The position numbers were made by a program, and so were the translations under genes. Shown piece after piece: positions 1-17,376 of a stretch of 64,000 nucleotides of DNA (position 1 is the first letter of the stretch; each line of letters opens with the position of its first letter). The notes under the pieces are model-generated. The model was not told where the DNA came from. It searched no databases and saw only the letters and a list, made by a program, of their open reading frames with translations. The stretch comes from Heptranchias perlo (lineage: Eukaryota): assembly GCF_035084215.1 (NCBI RefSeq), contig NW_027138796.1:434001-498000 (forward strand), in the 5' to 3' direction.

Positions 1-5359
<5,359 letters not shown>

Positions 5360-5414
5360 AATCTCCTCCTATTCTCGCAGCTCTTGAGAATGTGCCTCGT
5401 GCTGCCGCTCCCGC

Positions 5415-5535
5415 TATTTATACCCCGCCCGATAGAACCCTCCTATTCAGCAAATCGGGCTCTGATTGGTCTGTGAGAACAATGGCCTATTGTTGCTTTG
5501 TTAAACGTAGCGACGTTGCTCAGTGCTGATTGGTT
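5415..5535 (-). promoter_or_regulatory. Pol II promoter of copy A (TATA, GC box, two CCAAT boxes)
   Basis: Minus strand: TATAAATA 5415-5422, GGGCGGGG 5423-5430, CCAATCAG with ATTGG at 5465-5469 and 5529-5533. The TATA lies about 55 nt upstream of the ATG. Confidence 0.75.
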
Positions 5536-5614
5536 CATTGTGTAAAAGGCGGAACCAAGAATTCGCAACATTCTGTTATGGGAGGAGCGCCAGGGAACAA
5601 GAGAATTCCCCTTA

Positions 5615-7882
5615 CCCCCAGACCCCATCAATCAGACCCCCAACCCCCAGACCCCATCAATCAGACCCCCAACCCCCAGACCCCATCAATCAGACCCCCA
5701 ACCCCCAGACCCCATCAATCAGACCCCCAACCCCCAGACCCCATCAATCAGACCCCCAACCCCCAGACCCCATCAATCAGACCCCCAACCCCCAGACCCC
5801 ATCAATCAGACCCCCAACCCCCAGACCCCATCAATCAGACCCCCAACCCCCAGACCCCATCAATCAGACCCCCAACCCCCAGACCCCATCAATCAGACCC
5901 CCAACCCCCAGACCCCATCAATCAGACCCCCAACCCCCAGACCCCATCAATCAGACCCGCAACCCTCACACTCCGTCAATCAAACCCCCAACCATCAGAG
6001 CCCATCTATCAGACCCCCAACCCCCAGACCCCATCAATCAGACCCCCAACCCCCAGACCCCATCAATCAGACCCCCAGCCTCAGACCCCATCAATCAGAC
6101 CCCCAACCCCAGACCCCATCTATCAGACCCCCAACCTCAGGCCCCATCAATCAGACCCCCAACCCCCAGACCCCATCAATCAGACCCCCAACCCCCAGAC
6201 CCCATCAATCAGACCCCCAGACCCCATCAATCAGACCCCCAACCCCCAGACCCCATCAATCAGACCCCCAACTCCCAGTCCCCCTCAATCAGACCCCCAA
6301 ACCCCATCAATCGGAACCTCAACCCACAGACCCCATCAATCAGACCCCCAACCCCCAGACCCCATCAATCAGACCCCCAACCCCCAGACCACATCAATCA
6401 GACCACCAAACCGCAGACCCCATCAATCAGACCCCCAACCCCCAGACCCCATCAATCAGACCCCCAACCCCCAGACCCCATCAATCAGACCCCCAACCCT
6501 CAGACCCCATCAATCAGACCCCCAACCCTCAGACCCCATCAATCAGACCCCCAAACCCCAGACCCCATCAATCAGACCCCCAACCCCCAGAGCCCATCAA
6601 TCAGACCCCCAACCCCCAGACCCCATCAATTAGACCCCCAACCTCGACACCCCATCAATCAGACCCCCAACCCCCAGACCCCATCAATCAGACCCCCCAC
6701 CCCCAGACCCCATCAATCAGACCCCCCACCCCCAGACCCCATCAATCAGACCCCCAAACCCCAGACCCCATCAATCAGACCCCCAACCCCCAGAGCCCAT
6801 CAATCAGACCCCCAACCCCCAGACCCCATCAATCAGACCTCCAACCTCGACACCCCATCAATCAGACCCCCAACCCCCAGACCCCATCAATCAGACCCCC
6901 AACCCCCAGACCCCATCAATCAGACCCCCAACCCCCATACCCCATCAATCAGACCCCGAACCCTCAGACCCCATCAATCAGAGCCCCAACCGTCAGCCCC
7001 CATCAATCAGACCCCAACTGTCAGACCCCATCATTCAGACCCCCAACCCTCACACCCCATCAATCAGACCCCCAACCTCAGACCCCACCAATCAGACCCC
7101 CAACCTCAGACACCATCAATCAGACCACCAACCTCAGACCCCATCAATCAGACCCCATCAATCAGACCCCCAACCATCAGACCCCATCAATCAGACCCCC
7201 AACCCTTGAACCCCCAACCCCCAGACCCCATCAATCAGACCCCCAACCCTCAGACCCCATCAATCAGACCCCCAATCCTCAGACCCCATCAATCAGAGCC
7301 CCAACCTCAGATCCCCAACCATCAGACCCCATCAATCAGACTTCCAACCACAGGCCCTATCAATCAGACCCCCAACCTTCAGGCCCCATCAATCAGACCA
7401 CCAACCATCAGACCCCCATCAATCAGACCCCCATCAATCTGATCCCCATCAATCTGATCCCCATCAATCAGACCCCCAACCATCAGACCCCATCAATCAA
7501 ACCCCCAACCCTCAAACCCCCAACCCCCAGACCCCATCAATCAGACCCCCATTCCTCAGACCCCATCAATCAGACCCCCAAACCTCAGACCCCATCAATC
7601 AGAGTCCCAACCTCAGATCCCCAACTATCAGACCCCATCAATCAGACCTCCAACTACAGACCCTATCAATCAGACCCCCAACCTTCAGGCCCCATCAATC
7701 ACACCCCCATCTATCAGACCCATCAATCTGTTCCCCATCAATCTGATCCCTATCTATCAGACCCACATCTATCAGACCCACATCAATCAGACCCAGATCT
7801 ATCAGATTCCCATCTATCAGATTCCCATGTCAGACTCCCATCTATCAGACCCCCATCTATTAGACTCCCATCTATCAGACCT
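5615..7882. repeat. 29-bp C-rich minisatellite upstream of promoter A
   Basis: (CCCCCAGACCCCATCAATCAGACCCCCAA)n grading into 14-15-bp CCCCATCAATCAGAC units. Confidence 0.95.
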
Positions 7883-7994
7883 CCGTCCTTTGCTCAATGT
7901 GGGTCGCTCACTCCCTGAGGCACACCTCGTATTTCATGAGGATCCCATACTCCCTGCAGATCTCCCCACTCCATGTGAACGCCAACCTCTCTAG

Positions 7995-8670
7995 ATCCAT
8001 TTCTGCCCTCACCCCTTCTCCACCCTCCTAGAACCATGATAGGATCCCCCTTGTCCTCACCTTCCACTCCAACAGCCTCCACATTCAACAGATCATCCTC
8101 CGCCATTTCCGCCACCTTCAGCACCACCAAACAGATCTTCCCCCTCCCCTCCCCTTTCAGGATTCCGAAGGGATCATTCCTCCGTGACACCCTTGTCCAC
8201 TCTTCCATCACCCCCAACACCCACTCCCCTTCCTACGGCACCTTCCTGTACAAGCGCAGGAGATGCATCACCTGCTCTTTCACCTCCCTTCCCACGGTCC
8301 AGAGCCCCAAACACTCTTCCAGGTGAAACAGTGATTTACTTGTACTTCTTTCAGTTTGGCATACTGTATTCGCTGCTCACGATGCGGAATCCTGTACATT
8401 GGAGAGACCAAACGAGTTTGGGTGATCGCTTTGCTGAACATCTCCCTCCGGCCTGCAAGCGTGACCCTGAGTTTCCGGTCACTTGCCATTTTAATTCCCC
8501 GTCCCACTCCCACTGTGACCTCTCTGTCCTCGGCCTCCGACACTATTCCAGTGAAGCTCAACGGAAGCTCAAGGAACAGCACCTCATCTTTCGATTAGAC
8601 ACTTTACAACCTTCTGGACTCAACATTGATTTGATTAAGTTCAGATCAGAACCACTGCTCCCATTTTTTC
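7995..8670 (+). mobile_element. Old degenerate Penelope-like element, left part (GIY-YIG remnant)
   Basis: Frameshifted AYCIRCSRCGILYIGETKR, LGDRFAEHL and EQHLIFRLDTLQPSGLN. Confidence 0.8.
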
Positions 8671-8672
8671 AT

Positions 8673-10146
8673 GATGTGGAGATGCCGGTGATGGACTGGG
8701 GTTGACAATTGTAAACAATTTTACAACACCAAGTTATAGTCCAACGATTTTTATTTGAAATCTACAAGCTTTCGGAGGCTTCCTCCTTCCTCAGGTAAAT
8801 GTCAGGAGCTCCTTGAAGCCCACGCATTTATACATCATAGAACAATAGATGGTGTTTACAGACTGCCCCTGCAACTGCCCGTTGCCAAGGCAATCACCGT
8901 GTTCAGACAGAGAGGTGTCACCGACAGAACCCCCGAATACACATTCAACAAAAAAGCAAACAGGAAAAAAAACAGAGAGAGAGAGAGGCAGAAGCATCCG
9001 GAAGGCAGAGAAAGCCAGCAAATGACCCATTATATTAAAAACAGATAGCTTTTGTTCGCTGGTGGGGTAACGTGTAGCGTGACATGAACCCAAGATCCCG
9101 GTTGAGGCCGTCCTCATGGGTGCGGAACTTGGCTGTCAATTTCTGCTCGACGATTTTGCGTTGTCGTGTGTCTCGAAGGCCGCCTTGGACCCACGGCGAC
9201 GAATCACTAAAGAGACTACACGATAACATCAACAAGTTCCATCCCACCATCAGGCTCACCATGGACTACTCCTCAGAATCAGTTTCTTTCTTGGACACAC
9301 GAATCTCCATCAAAGACGGGCACCTCAGCACCTCACTCGACCGCAAGCCCACGGACAACCTCACGATGCTCCACTTTTCCAGCTTCTACCCTAACCACGT
9401 CAAAGAGGCCATCCCCTATGGACAGGCCCTGCGAATACACAGGGTCTGCTCAGACGAGGAGGAACGGGATGGACACCGACAGACTCTGAAAGACGCCCTG
9501 GTAAGAACGGGATATGACGCTTGATTCATCGATCGACAGTTCCGACGGGCCACAGCGAAAAATCGCATAGACCTCCTCAGAAGACTAACATGGGACACAA
9601 CCAACAGAGTACCCTTCGTCGTCCAGTACTTCCCCGGAGCGGAGAAACTACGCCATGTTCTCCGCAGCCATCAACATGTCATCAATGACGACGAACACCT
9701 CGCTATGGCCTTCCCCACACCTCCACTACTCGCCTTTAAACAGCCACCCAACCTCAAACAGACTATCGTTCGCAGCAAATTACCCAGCTTTCAGGAGAAC
9801 AGCGTCCACGACACCACACAACCCTGCCACGGTAACCTCTGCAAGACATGCCAGATCATCGACACAGATACCACCATCACACGAGAGGACTCCACCCACC
9901 AGGTGCATGGTTCATACTCCTGTGACTCGGCCAACGTTGTCTACCTCATGCGCTGCAGGAAAGGATGCCCTGGAGCATGGTACATTGGCGAGACCATGCA
10001 GACACTGCGACAACGGATGAACGGACACCGCGCAACAATCGCCAGACAGGAGGGTTCCCTCCCAGTCGGGGAACACTTCAGCAGTCAGGGACATTCAGCC
10101 ACCGATCTTCGGGTAAGCGTTCTCCAAGGCGGCCTTTGAGACACAC
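8673..10146. mobile_element. Younger Penelope-like element, 5'-truncated and inverted
   Basis: Plus segment about 9190-10146: RT C-terminus (VSFLDTRISIKDGHLSTSLDRKPTD) and GIY-YIG (VVYLMRC...WYIGETMQTLRQRMNGHR). Minus segment 8673-9189: end of ORF (QGGLRDTRQRKIVEQKL...GLNRD), 3'UTR, hammerhead and AATAAA. Confidence 0.88.
8757..8803 (-). ncRNA. Minimal type I hammerhead ribozyme (Penelope-associated)
   Basis: Minus strand reads GACATTTAC-CTGAGGA-A-GGAGG aag CCTCC-GAAA-GC-TT-GTAGATTTC: intact core, stem I ATTTAC/GTAGAT, 5-bp stem II, palindromic AAGCTT stem III. Confidence 0.8.
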
Positions 10147-10290
10147 ATCTTCCAGTTCTGACAAAAGGCCATTGACCTGAAAGGTTAACTCTGTTTCTTT
10201 CTCCACAGATGCTGCCTGACCTGCTGAGTAATTCCAGCATTTTCTGTTTTTATTTCAGATTCCAGCGTCTGCAGTATTTTGCTTTTGATT
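10147..10290 (+). mobile_element. Old Penelope-like element, right part (3' terminus with decayed hammerhead)
   Basis: AGTT-CTGACAA-AAGGCCATTGACCT-GAAA-GGTT-AACT resembles a hammerhead with a mutated core. Confidence 0.6.
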
Positions 10291-10469
10291 CAGTGTTTTA
10301 ATGACTGAAGTGCTGTGTGACTGCAGCTCTGTGGAGTTTGATTAAGCCCCATTCTGGGTCCATTGATCCTCTTTCAAGTTCTAACGTCTTCTTTTACACG
10401 TGTTTCTCAATCTCTTGTCATGTATTTGTGGCTTTTAAATCGACACAATTCCAAAATCATTCAAAAATA

Positions 10470-10475
10470 TTTATT
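10470..10475 (-). terminator. Poly(A) signal, copy B
   Basis: AATAAA about 130 nt after the stop codon; present at the homologous position in C, D and E. Confidence 0.6.
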
Positions 10476-10604
10476 TTCTTAAATATAATTTGTAAGATAA
10501 ATGTGAAATTAAGTTAAACTCTTTTTATGTTCTAAATTAATGTCATTTTGTAAAATAAATATGATTTAAAGTTAAACTCTTTTTACTTTCTAAATGAATA
10601 AATC

Positions 10605-13600
10605 TTATTCTTCCTCCTCCGCCTTTCTGTCCAGCGCGGAAGAATCGACGGCCACCTCTTCGTAATCCTTCTCGAGTGAGGCCAGGTCCTCCCGTGCGTC
10701 CTGGAACTCCCCTTCCTCCAGCCCCTCCCCAACGTACCAGTGGACAAAGGCCCGCTTGGCGTACATCTTATCGAATTTGAGGTTGAGGCGGGTCCAAGCC
10801 AAGGCAATGGCGGTGGTGTTGCTCAGCATACAGAGGGCACGTTGCACCTTTGCCAGATCGCCCCCTGGCACCACCGTCGGGGGCTGGTAGTTGATGCCAA
10901 CCTGTGGGAAAAGAAAATTCTTTAGATTTCAGTTGCACAGAATGGAGCTTCAAAATCAGAGCCGTTGGGAACCACTTAACTATCAGAAAGATAAATTAAT
11001 GTACCAATGTGTGTCTATCACTGTACAAAAACCCAGATCTGGTTATTCACTGGCTCTTCCCCCAGTTTTAGAGCCTCAGTTTCTGATGGATGGATGCTGT
11101 GTAATGAGGCCAGATTCCGGGGCTAATTCCTTTCTTCAGTTCATCTTGTCCAATGAGGCCTTGATTTTTCAGGATGCCTTTTCCTTGTTCAAGCAAGGAC
11201 TTCTCCTGGAACATTCAGGGCAAAAATCAAGGATCAGAGCTGAGACAATTCCACCAACAGCCTCAGAGAGAGCTCCTCTTTGGGCCAGGAATGGGGAGGG
11301 TCTGAAAGGAGGGACAGCTTTTGACCCAGACTGAACAGACGTATTGTTCACGTGGGATATGAGATTGTCAGAATCCATGTTTCCCCAGAGCCCCATGGAT
11401 TGAACACAAAACCCACACTTACCTTGAACCCGGTCGGGCACCAATCAACAAACTGGATCGAGCGCTTGGTTTTGATGGTGGCGATGGAGGCGTTGACATC
11501 CTTTGGCACGACATCTCCTCGGTACAGCATGCAGCACGCCATGTACTTGCCCTGGCGGGGGTCGCACTTCACCATCTGATTGGCTGGTTCAAAGCAGGCG
11601 TTGGTGATCTCTGACACAGATATTTGCTCGTGGTAAGCCTTCTCGGCCGAAATAAGGGGGGAGTAGGTTAATAATGGGAAGTGAATGCGGGGATAAGGGA
11701 CCAGGTTGGTTTGGAACTCAGTCAGGTCCACATTGAGGGCACCGTCGAACCGTAGTGACGCCGTGATGGATGACACCAACTGTCCAATGAGACGGTTGAG
11801 GTTGGTGTATGTTGGACGCTCAATGTCAAGATTACGCCGACATATATCATAAAGGGCCTCGTTGTCGACCATGAAGCCGCAGTCAGAGTGCTCAAGGGTG
11901 GAGTGGGTGACGAGCACGGAGTTGTACGGTTCGACCACCGCAGTGGAAATCTGCGGCGCAGGATAAACAGAAAACTCCAGTTTGGATTTCTTGCCGTAGT
12001 CTACAGATAGTCTCTCCATCAGGAGGGATGTAAAACCCGAGCCGGTCCCACCCCCGAAACTGTGGAAAATGAGGAAACCCTGGAGTCCCGTGCACTGGTC
12101 AGCCTGTGGGCAAAGAAGGTACAAAACATTAAAAGGGAGCAGGAAATGGAATCTATCGTCAAAGGACAGTGAACACAGGACAGGAGCAAAAATACTGACC
12201 GTCCCTGGTGAGAAGGGGCAGTGGGAGATGGGGAGAAGGGAGAGTGGGAGATGGTGAGAAGGGGCAGTGGGAGCTAGTGAGAAGGGGCAGCGGGAGCTGT
12301 TGGGACTAGACAGTGGGAGATGGTGAACATAGGAACAGGAGTAGGCCATTCAGCCCCTCATGCCTGCTCCGCCATTTGATAAGATCATGGCTGATCTGTT
12401 ATCTAGCTGCATATACCCGCCTTTGGCCCATATCTCTTAATACCTTTGGTTGCCAAAAAGCTATCCATCTCACATTTAAATGTAGCAATTGAGCTAGTAT
12501 CAATTGCCGTTTGCGGAAGAGAGTTCCAAACTTCTACCACCCTTTGTGTGTAGAAATGTTTTCTAATCTCACTCCTGAAAGGTCTGGCTCTAATTTTTAG
12601 ACTGTGCCCCCTACTCCTAGAATCCCCAACCAATGGAAATAGTTTCTCTCTATCCGTTCCCCTTAATATCTTATAAACTTCGATCAGATCACCCCTTAAC
12701 CTTCTGAACTCTAGAGAATACAACCCCAATTTGCGTAATCTGTCCTCGTAACTTAATCCTTGAAGTCTGGGTATCATTCTGGGAAACCTACGCTGCGCTC
12801 CCTCCAAGGCCAATATGTCCTTCCGAAGGTGTGGTGCCCAGAACTGCTCACAGTACTCCATGTGCGGTCTAACCAGGGTTTTGTATATCTGCAGCATAAC
12901 TTCTGCCCCCTTGCACTCCAGTCCTCTCGATATAAAGGCCAGCATTCCATTAGCCTTATTGATTATTTTCTGCACCTGTTCATGACACTTCAATGATCGA
13001 TGTACCTGAACCCCGAAGTCCCTTTGGACATCCACTGTTTTTAATGTTTTACCATTTAGAAAGTACCCTGTTCTATCCTTTTTTGATCCAAAGTGGATGA
13101 CCTCACATTTGTCTATATTGAATTCCATTTGCCACAATTTTGCCCATTCACCTAATCTATCAATATCCCTTTGTAATTTTATGTTTTCATCTTCACTGCT
13201 TACAATGCCACCAATCTTTGTGTCATCGGCAAACTTAGATATGAGACTTTCTATGCCTTCATCTAAGTCGTTAATAAATATTGTGAATAATTGAGGCCCC
13301 AAGACAGATCCCTGCGGGACTCCACTGGTCACATCCTGCCAATGTGAATACTTACCCATTATCCCTACTCTCTGTCGCCTTTCGCTCCGCCAATTTCCTA
13401 ACCAAGTCCGTACTTTTCCCTCGATTCCATGGGCTTCTAACTTAGCTAACAGTCTCTTATGTGGGACCTTATCAAATGCCTTCTGGAAGTCCATATAAAT
13501 AATATCCATTGATATTCCCCTGTCCACGACTTTAGTCACTTCTTCAAAAAATTCAATCAGGTTTGTCAGGCACGACCTACCTTTCACAAATCCATGCTGG

Positions 13601-16600
13601 CTCTCCCTGATTAACTGAAAATTCTCAAGGTGTTCAGTCACCCTATCCTTAATTATAGACTCCAGCAATTTCCCCACAACAGATGTTAGGCTAACTGGTC
13701 TATCATTCCCCGGTTTCCCTCTCTCTCCTTTCTTAAAAAGCGGAGTGACGTGCAATTTTCCAATCTAGAGGGACAGTTCCTGAATCTAGAGAACTTTGAA
13801 AGATTATAGTTAGGGCATTTGCAATCTGCTCACCTACTTCCTTTAAAACCCTGGGATGGAAACCATCTGGTCCTGGGGATTTGTCAATCTTTAGTGCTAT
13901 TATTTTCTTCATTACTGTTGCTTTACTTATGTTAATTTTATCGAGTCCCTGTCCCCGATTCAATATTAGTTTTGTTGGGATTTCCAGCATGCTATCCTCT
14001 TTTTCTACTGTAAATACTGACGCAAAGTAATTATTCAACATGTCCGCCAGTTCCCCATTGTCAATGACAATATCCCCACTTTCAGTTTTTAAGGGGCCAA
14101 ACCTGCTCCTGACCACCCTCTTTTTCCTAATATAACTATAAAAGTTCTTCGTATTGGTTTTGATATCCCTTGCAAGTTTCTTTTCATACTCTCTTTTTGT
14201 AGCTCTTGTGAGAAGGGGCAGTGGTAGCTGCTGGGATGGGGCAGTGGGAGATGATGGGATGGGTCAGCGGGAGATGCTGGGAATGGGCAGGGGGAGTTGA
14301 TTGGAATGGTCAGGGGGAGATGATGGGACTGGGCAGTGGGAGATGATGTGATGGGTCAGTGGGAGACGATGGGAGAGACAGTGGGAGATAATGAGATGGG
14401 GCAGTGGGAGATGATGGGATGGGTCAGTGGGAGATGTTGGGAATGGGCAGGGGGTGTTGATGGGAATGGGCAGGGGGAGATGATGTGATGGGTCAGTGGG
14501 AGACGATGGGAGAGACAGTGGGAGATATTGAGATGGGGCAGTGGGAGATGATGGGATTTGTCAGTGTTGGGAATGTTGGGAATGGGGAGGGCGAGCTGAT
14601 GGGAATGGGCAGGGGGAGATGATGGGACGGGGCAGTGGTAGACTGTGGGACTGGGCAGTGGGAGACTGTGGGAATGGGCATTGGGAGACTGTGGGACTGG
14701 GCAGTGCGAGATTATGTGACGGAGCAGTGGAAGACTGTGGGACTGGGCAGTGGGAGATGATGGGATGGGGCAATGAGAAATGATGAGACGGGGCAGCGGG
14801 AGATGATGGGACGGGGTAGTGGGAGATGGTGAGAAGGAGCAATGGGAGATGATGGGAGAGGTTGTGGGAGATGGTGAGAAGGAGCAGTGGTTGCCGGTTC
14901 GATTAGGCAGTGGGAGATGATGGGAGAGGTTGTGGGAGATGGTGAGAAGGAGCAGTGGTTGCCGGTTCAATTAGGCAGTGGGAGATGATGGAGGGGTAGT
15001 GGGAGATGGTGAGAGGGGGCAGTGGGAGATGGTGAGAAGGAGCAGTGGTTGCCGGTTCGATTAGGCAGTGGGAGATGATGGAGGGGTAGTGGGAGATGGT
15101 GAGAGGGGGCAGTGGTTGCCAGTACACAACTTACCACCTTCCGTATGCGATCCAAGACCAGATCCACTATCTCCTTGCCGATGGAACAGTGGCCCCGTGC
15201 GTAGTTATTGGCCGCATCCTCCTTGCCGGTGATGAGTTGCTCGGGGTGAAAGAGCTGTCGGTAGGTGCCGGTGCGGACCTCATCTGGGGGCAGGGAACGG
15301 AGAGTTAAAAACCTGAATATGCATCATTTCAAGTATTTTGATACAAGTCTGGCCATTTTTCTGGGAACATCTCTCAGTCCTGGGACCACCACCTTTGATC
15401 CAGACTGGAAATCCCTGACTGTCCACAGTGACTGGAGTATTGGAGATTGGGAGGAGAGGGGGAGAGACGATTGGCCAAGCAGCTTCAACTGTCGAGATCT
15501 CATGACCAACCCAGCAGCTGGAAGCAGCAAACCAGGAGGATGCCAGGAGCATGAAGGCCGTGTTCTGCTGTCTCAGTTGGTAGCTGGTGCGACAAATTGA
15601 TCAGAGGAGTCGCAGGTTCCATTTGTGGCCTGTGCTGGGTCAGCTGATCTCAGCTAAGGTGGATATGAGCCCTGATATTAACCTCAGGACCCTGGGTGGG
15701 GGGTGGGACAGTAAACAATCCACCTGGGTACCTGCTGCTGTTCCTTACCCAATAACTGCACCTGGCAAATGAGTGTATGTGGGGGATGGGGTTAAGGTGG
15801 GGACAGTACTGAGCTCAGCTGTGATGGTGCCTGTGGTTGAATTGCTTGCAGGGACTCAATGTTTGGCCTAATACTTGAAAGAATTGGTGAAGCACCGGAG
15901 AGACACGTGGGCCAGTGGAACCAGATTCTGGTAACGGGAAACACCTTCGGGGGAGGAGGGGAGATACTTGGAGGGGCCAAGACTTGGTCTGTGAGAAGGG
16001 AGTTTGTATCAAACAGCAACAAGAGGTAGCAGAACAGTGCCTGTCTGTATCAGGAGGAAGGACTGTACATGAGTAGGTGTATTGCAATGAGTTTAGTGAC
16101 ACACGACTAACCCATCAACAATCTCTCCCCTTACCGATCACAGTGGGCTCCAGATCTACAAACACGGCTCGGGGGATGTGCTTGCCCGCCCCCGTCTCAC
16201 TGAAGAAGGTGTTGAAGGAGTCGTCCCCACCTCCGACGGTCTTGTCACTGGGCATCTGCCCATCTGGTTGGATCCCATGCTCCAGGCAATACAGCTCCCA
16301 GCAAGCATTGCCGACCTGCACGCCGGCCTGGCCAATGTGGATTGAAAGACACTCACGCTAAAGAGTGGAGAACACAGGATTATTTACACAGGTAGGAGGA
16401 CAATGCTTTATACAGTCAGTGGAGGTGGAAGGGAGAAGGGTGTGTGGGCAGCAACACGTTCCATTACAGTAACCTGTGGATCCCGTCCATTCCCTGTAGA
16501 TCTCACCTGCTGCCTGCTGGATCCCTTCTGTCCCTGTGCAACGTTCCACTACCTGTAGACGCCACCCCCTTCCGATGGACCCCTCTGCTCACGATGGATG

Positions 16601-17321
16601 TCTTCTCTCTGTGTGCGTTCCCACTCCCTGTGGACTGCCCTGTCCCAGAGGATTTGCCCACTGACTGTGGATCCATTGCTCAATGTGGGCCACTCACTTC
16701 CTGAGGAATTCCCCATATTTCTTAAAGATCCCACATTCTGCCATTGACCACCCTCGTTTGCTGTGGATATGCATCACCCTGTGGATTCCCAATCTCCCTG
16801 TGACTCCTCTCTCCAGATGGATTTCCCACTTTCTCCGTGTGGCTGCCCCGAATCTCCCTGTGGATGCCCCCAGTCTCCCTGTGGTTCACTCCTCACTCTC
16901 TTTTCTGAAGCCCCTTCTCTCAACATCGATTACTGCTCTCCCTGTCGTTCTTCCTCTCTCCATGTGGATCCTTCTCTCCCTGTGGATTCCCACCCTCCCT
17001 GTGGGTCCTTTCCCTCTCCCTTGGGATGCATTACTCTGACTGGTTCCCTTCTCTCTCCCGACAGATTCCCACTCTCCCAGTGCATCACACTCTCTCAGTG
17101 GATCCCACTCTCCCTGTGGATCTACTCTCCCAGTAGATCCCACTCTCCCTTTGAATTCCTCTCTCCCAGTAGATCCCACTCTCCCTTTGAATCCCTCTCT
17201 CCCTGTGGATCCCACTCTCCCTGTGAATCCCTCTCTCCCAGTGGATCCCCCTCTCCCTGTGGATCCCTCTGTCTCGGTGGAACACCCTCGCTCTGTACAT
17301 TGCCCAGTGAGCTCTCACCAT
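10605..17321 (-). CDS. TUBA: Alpha-tubulin copy B, complete, 450 aa
   Basis: Exons 17319-17321, 16135-16357, 15135-15283, 11423-12103, 10605-10901 sum to 1353 nt, open, with canonical splice sites. Ends [10 protein letters not shown]. Carries V42 and A385. Confidence 0.96.
12327..14207 (-). mobile_element. 5'-truncated CR1 LINE in intron 3 of B, sense to the gene
   Basis: RT ORF 12403-13755 ([18 protein letters not shown]) plus frameshifted 13733-14116; CR1-type 3' end; possible GTGA duplication. Confidence 0.93.
14208..15120. repeat. Degenerate 23-bp-family repeat in intron 3 of B
   Basis: Units based on GGCAGTGGGAGATG. Confidence 0.85.
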
Positions 17322-17376
17322 AATCTCCTCCTATTCTCGCAGCTCTTGAGAATGTGCCTCGTGCTGCCGCTCCCGC

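Noticed and set aside
5365-5370. AGGAGG upstream of the tubulin ATG (Shine-Dalgarno-like)
   Set aside because: Spliced Pol II gene; coincidental.
5490-5525. RFX X-box-like half sites (GTTGCT) in the promoter
   Set aside because: No full palindromic X-box match; too weak to call.
5615-7882. Regular 29-bp repeats suggesting a CRISPR array
   Set aside because: No unique spacers, no cas genes, eukaryotic intron-containing context.
10154-10190. Second hammerhead as an active ribozyme
   Set aside because: Core reads CUGACAA, the stem III palindrome is broken and stem II is mismatched.
11348-12349. 333-aa tubulin ORF as a truncated or processed pseudogene
   Set aside because: It is exon 4 plus flanking intron read-through; all five exons are present and in phase.
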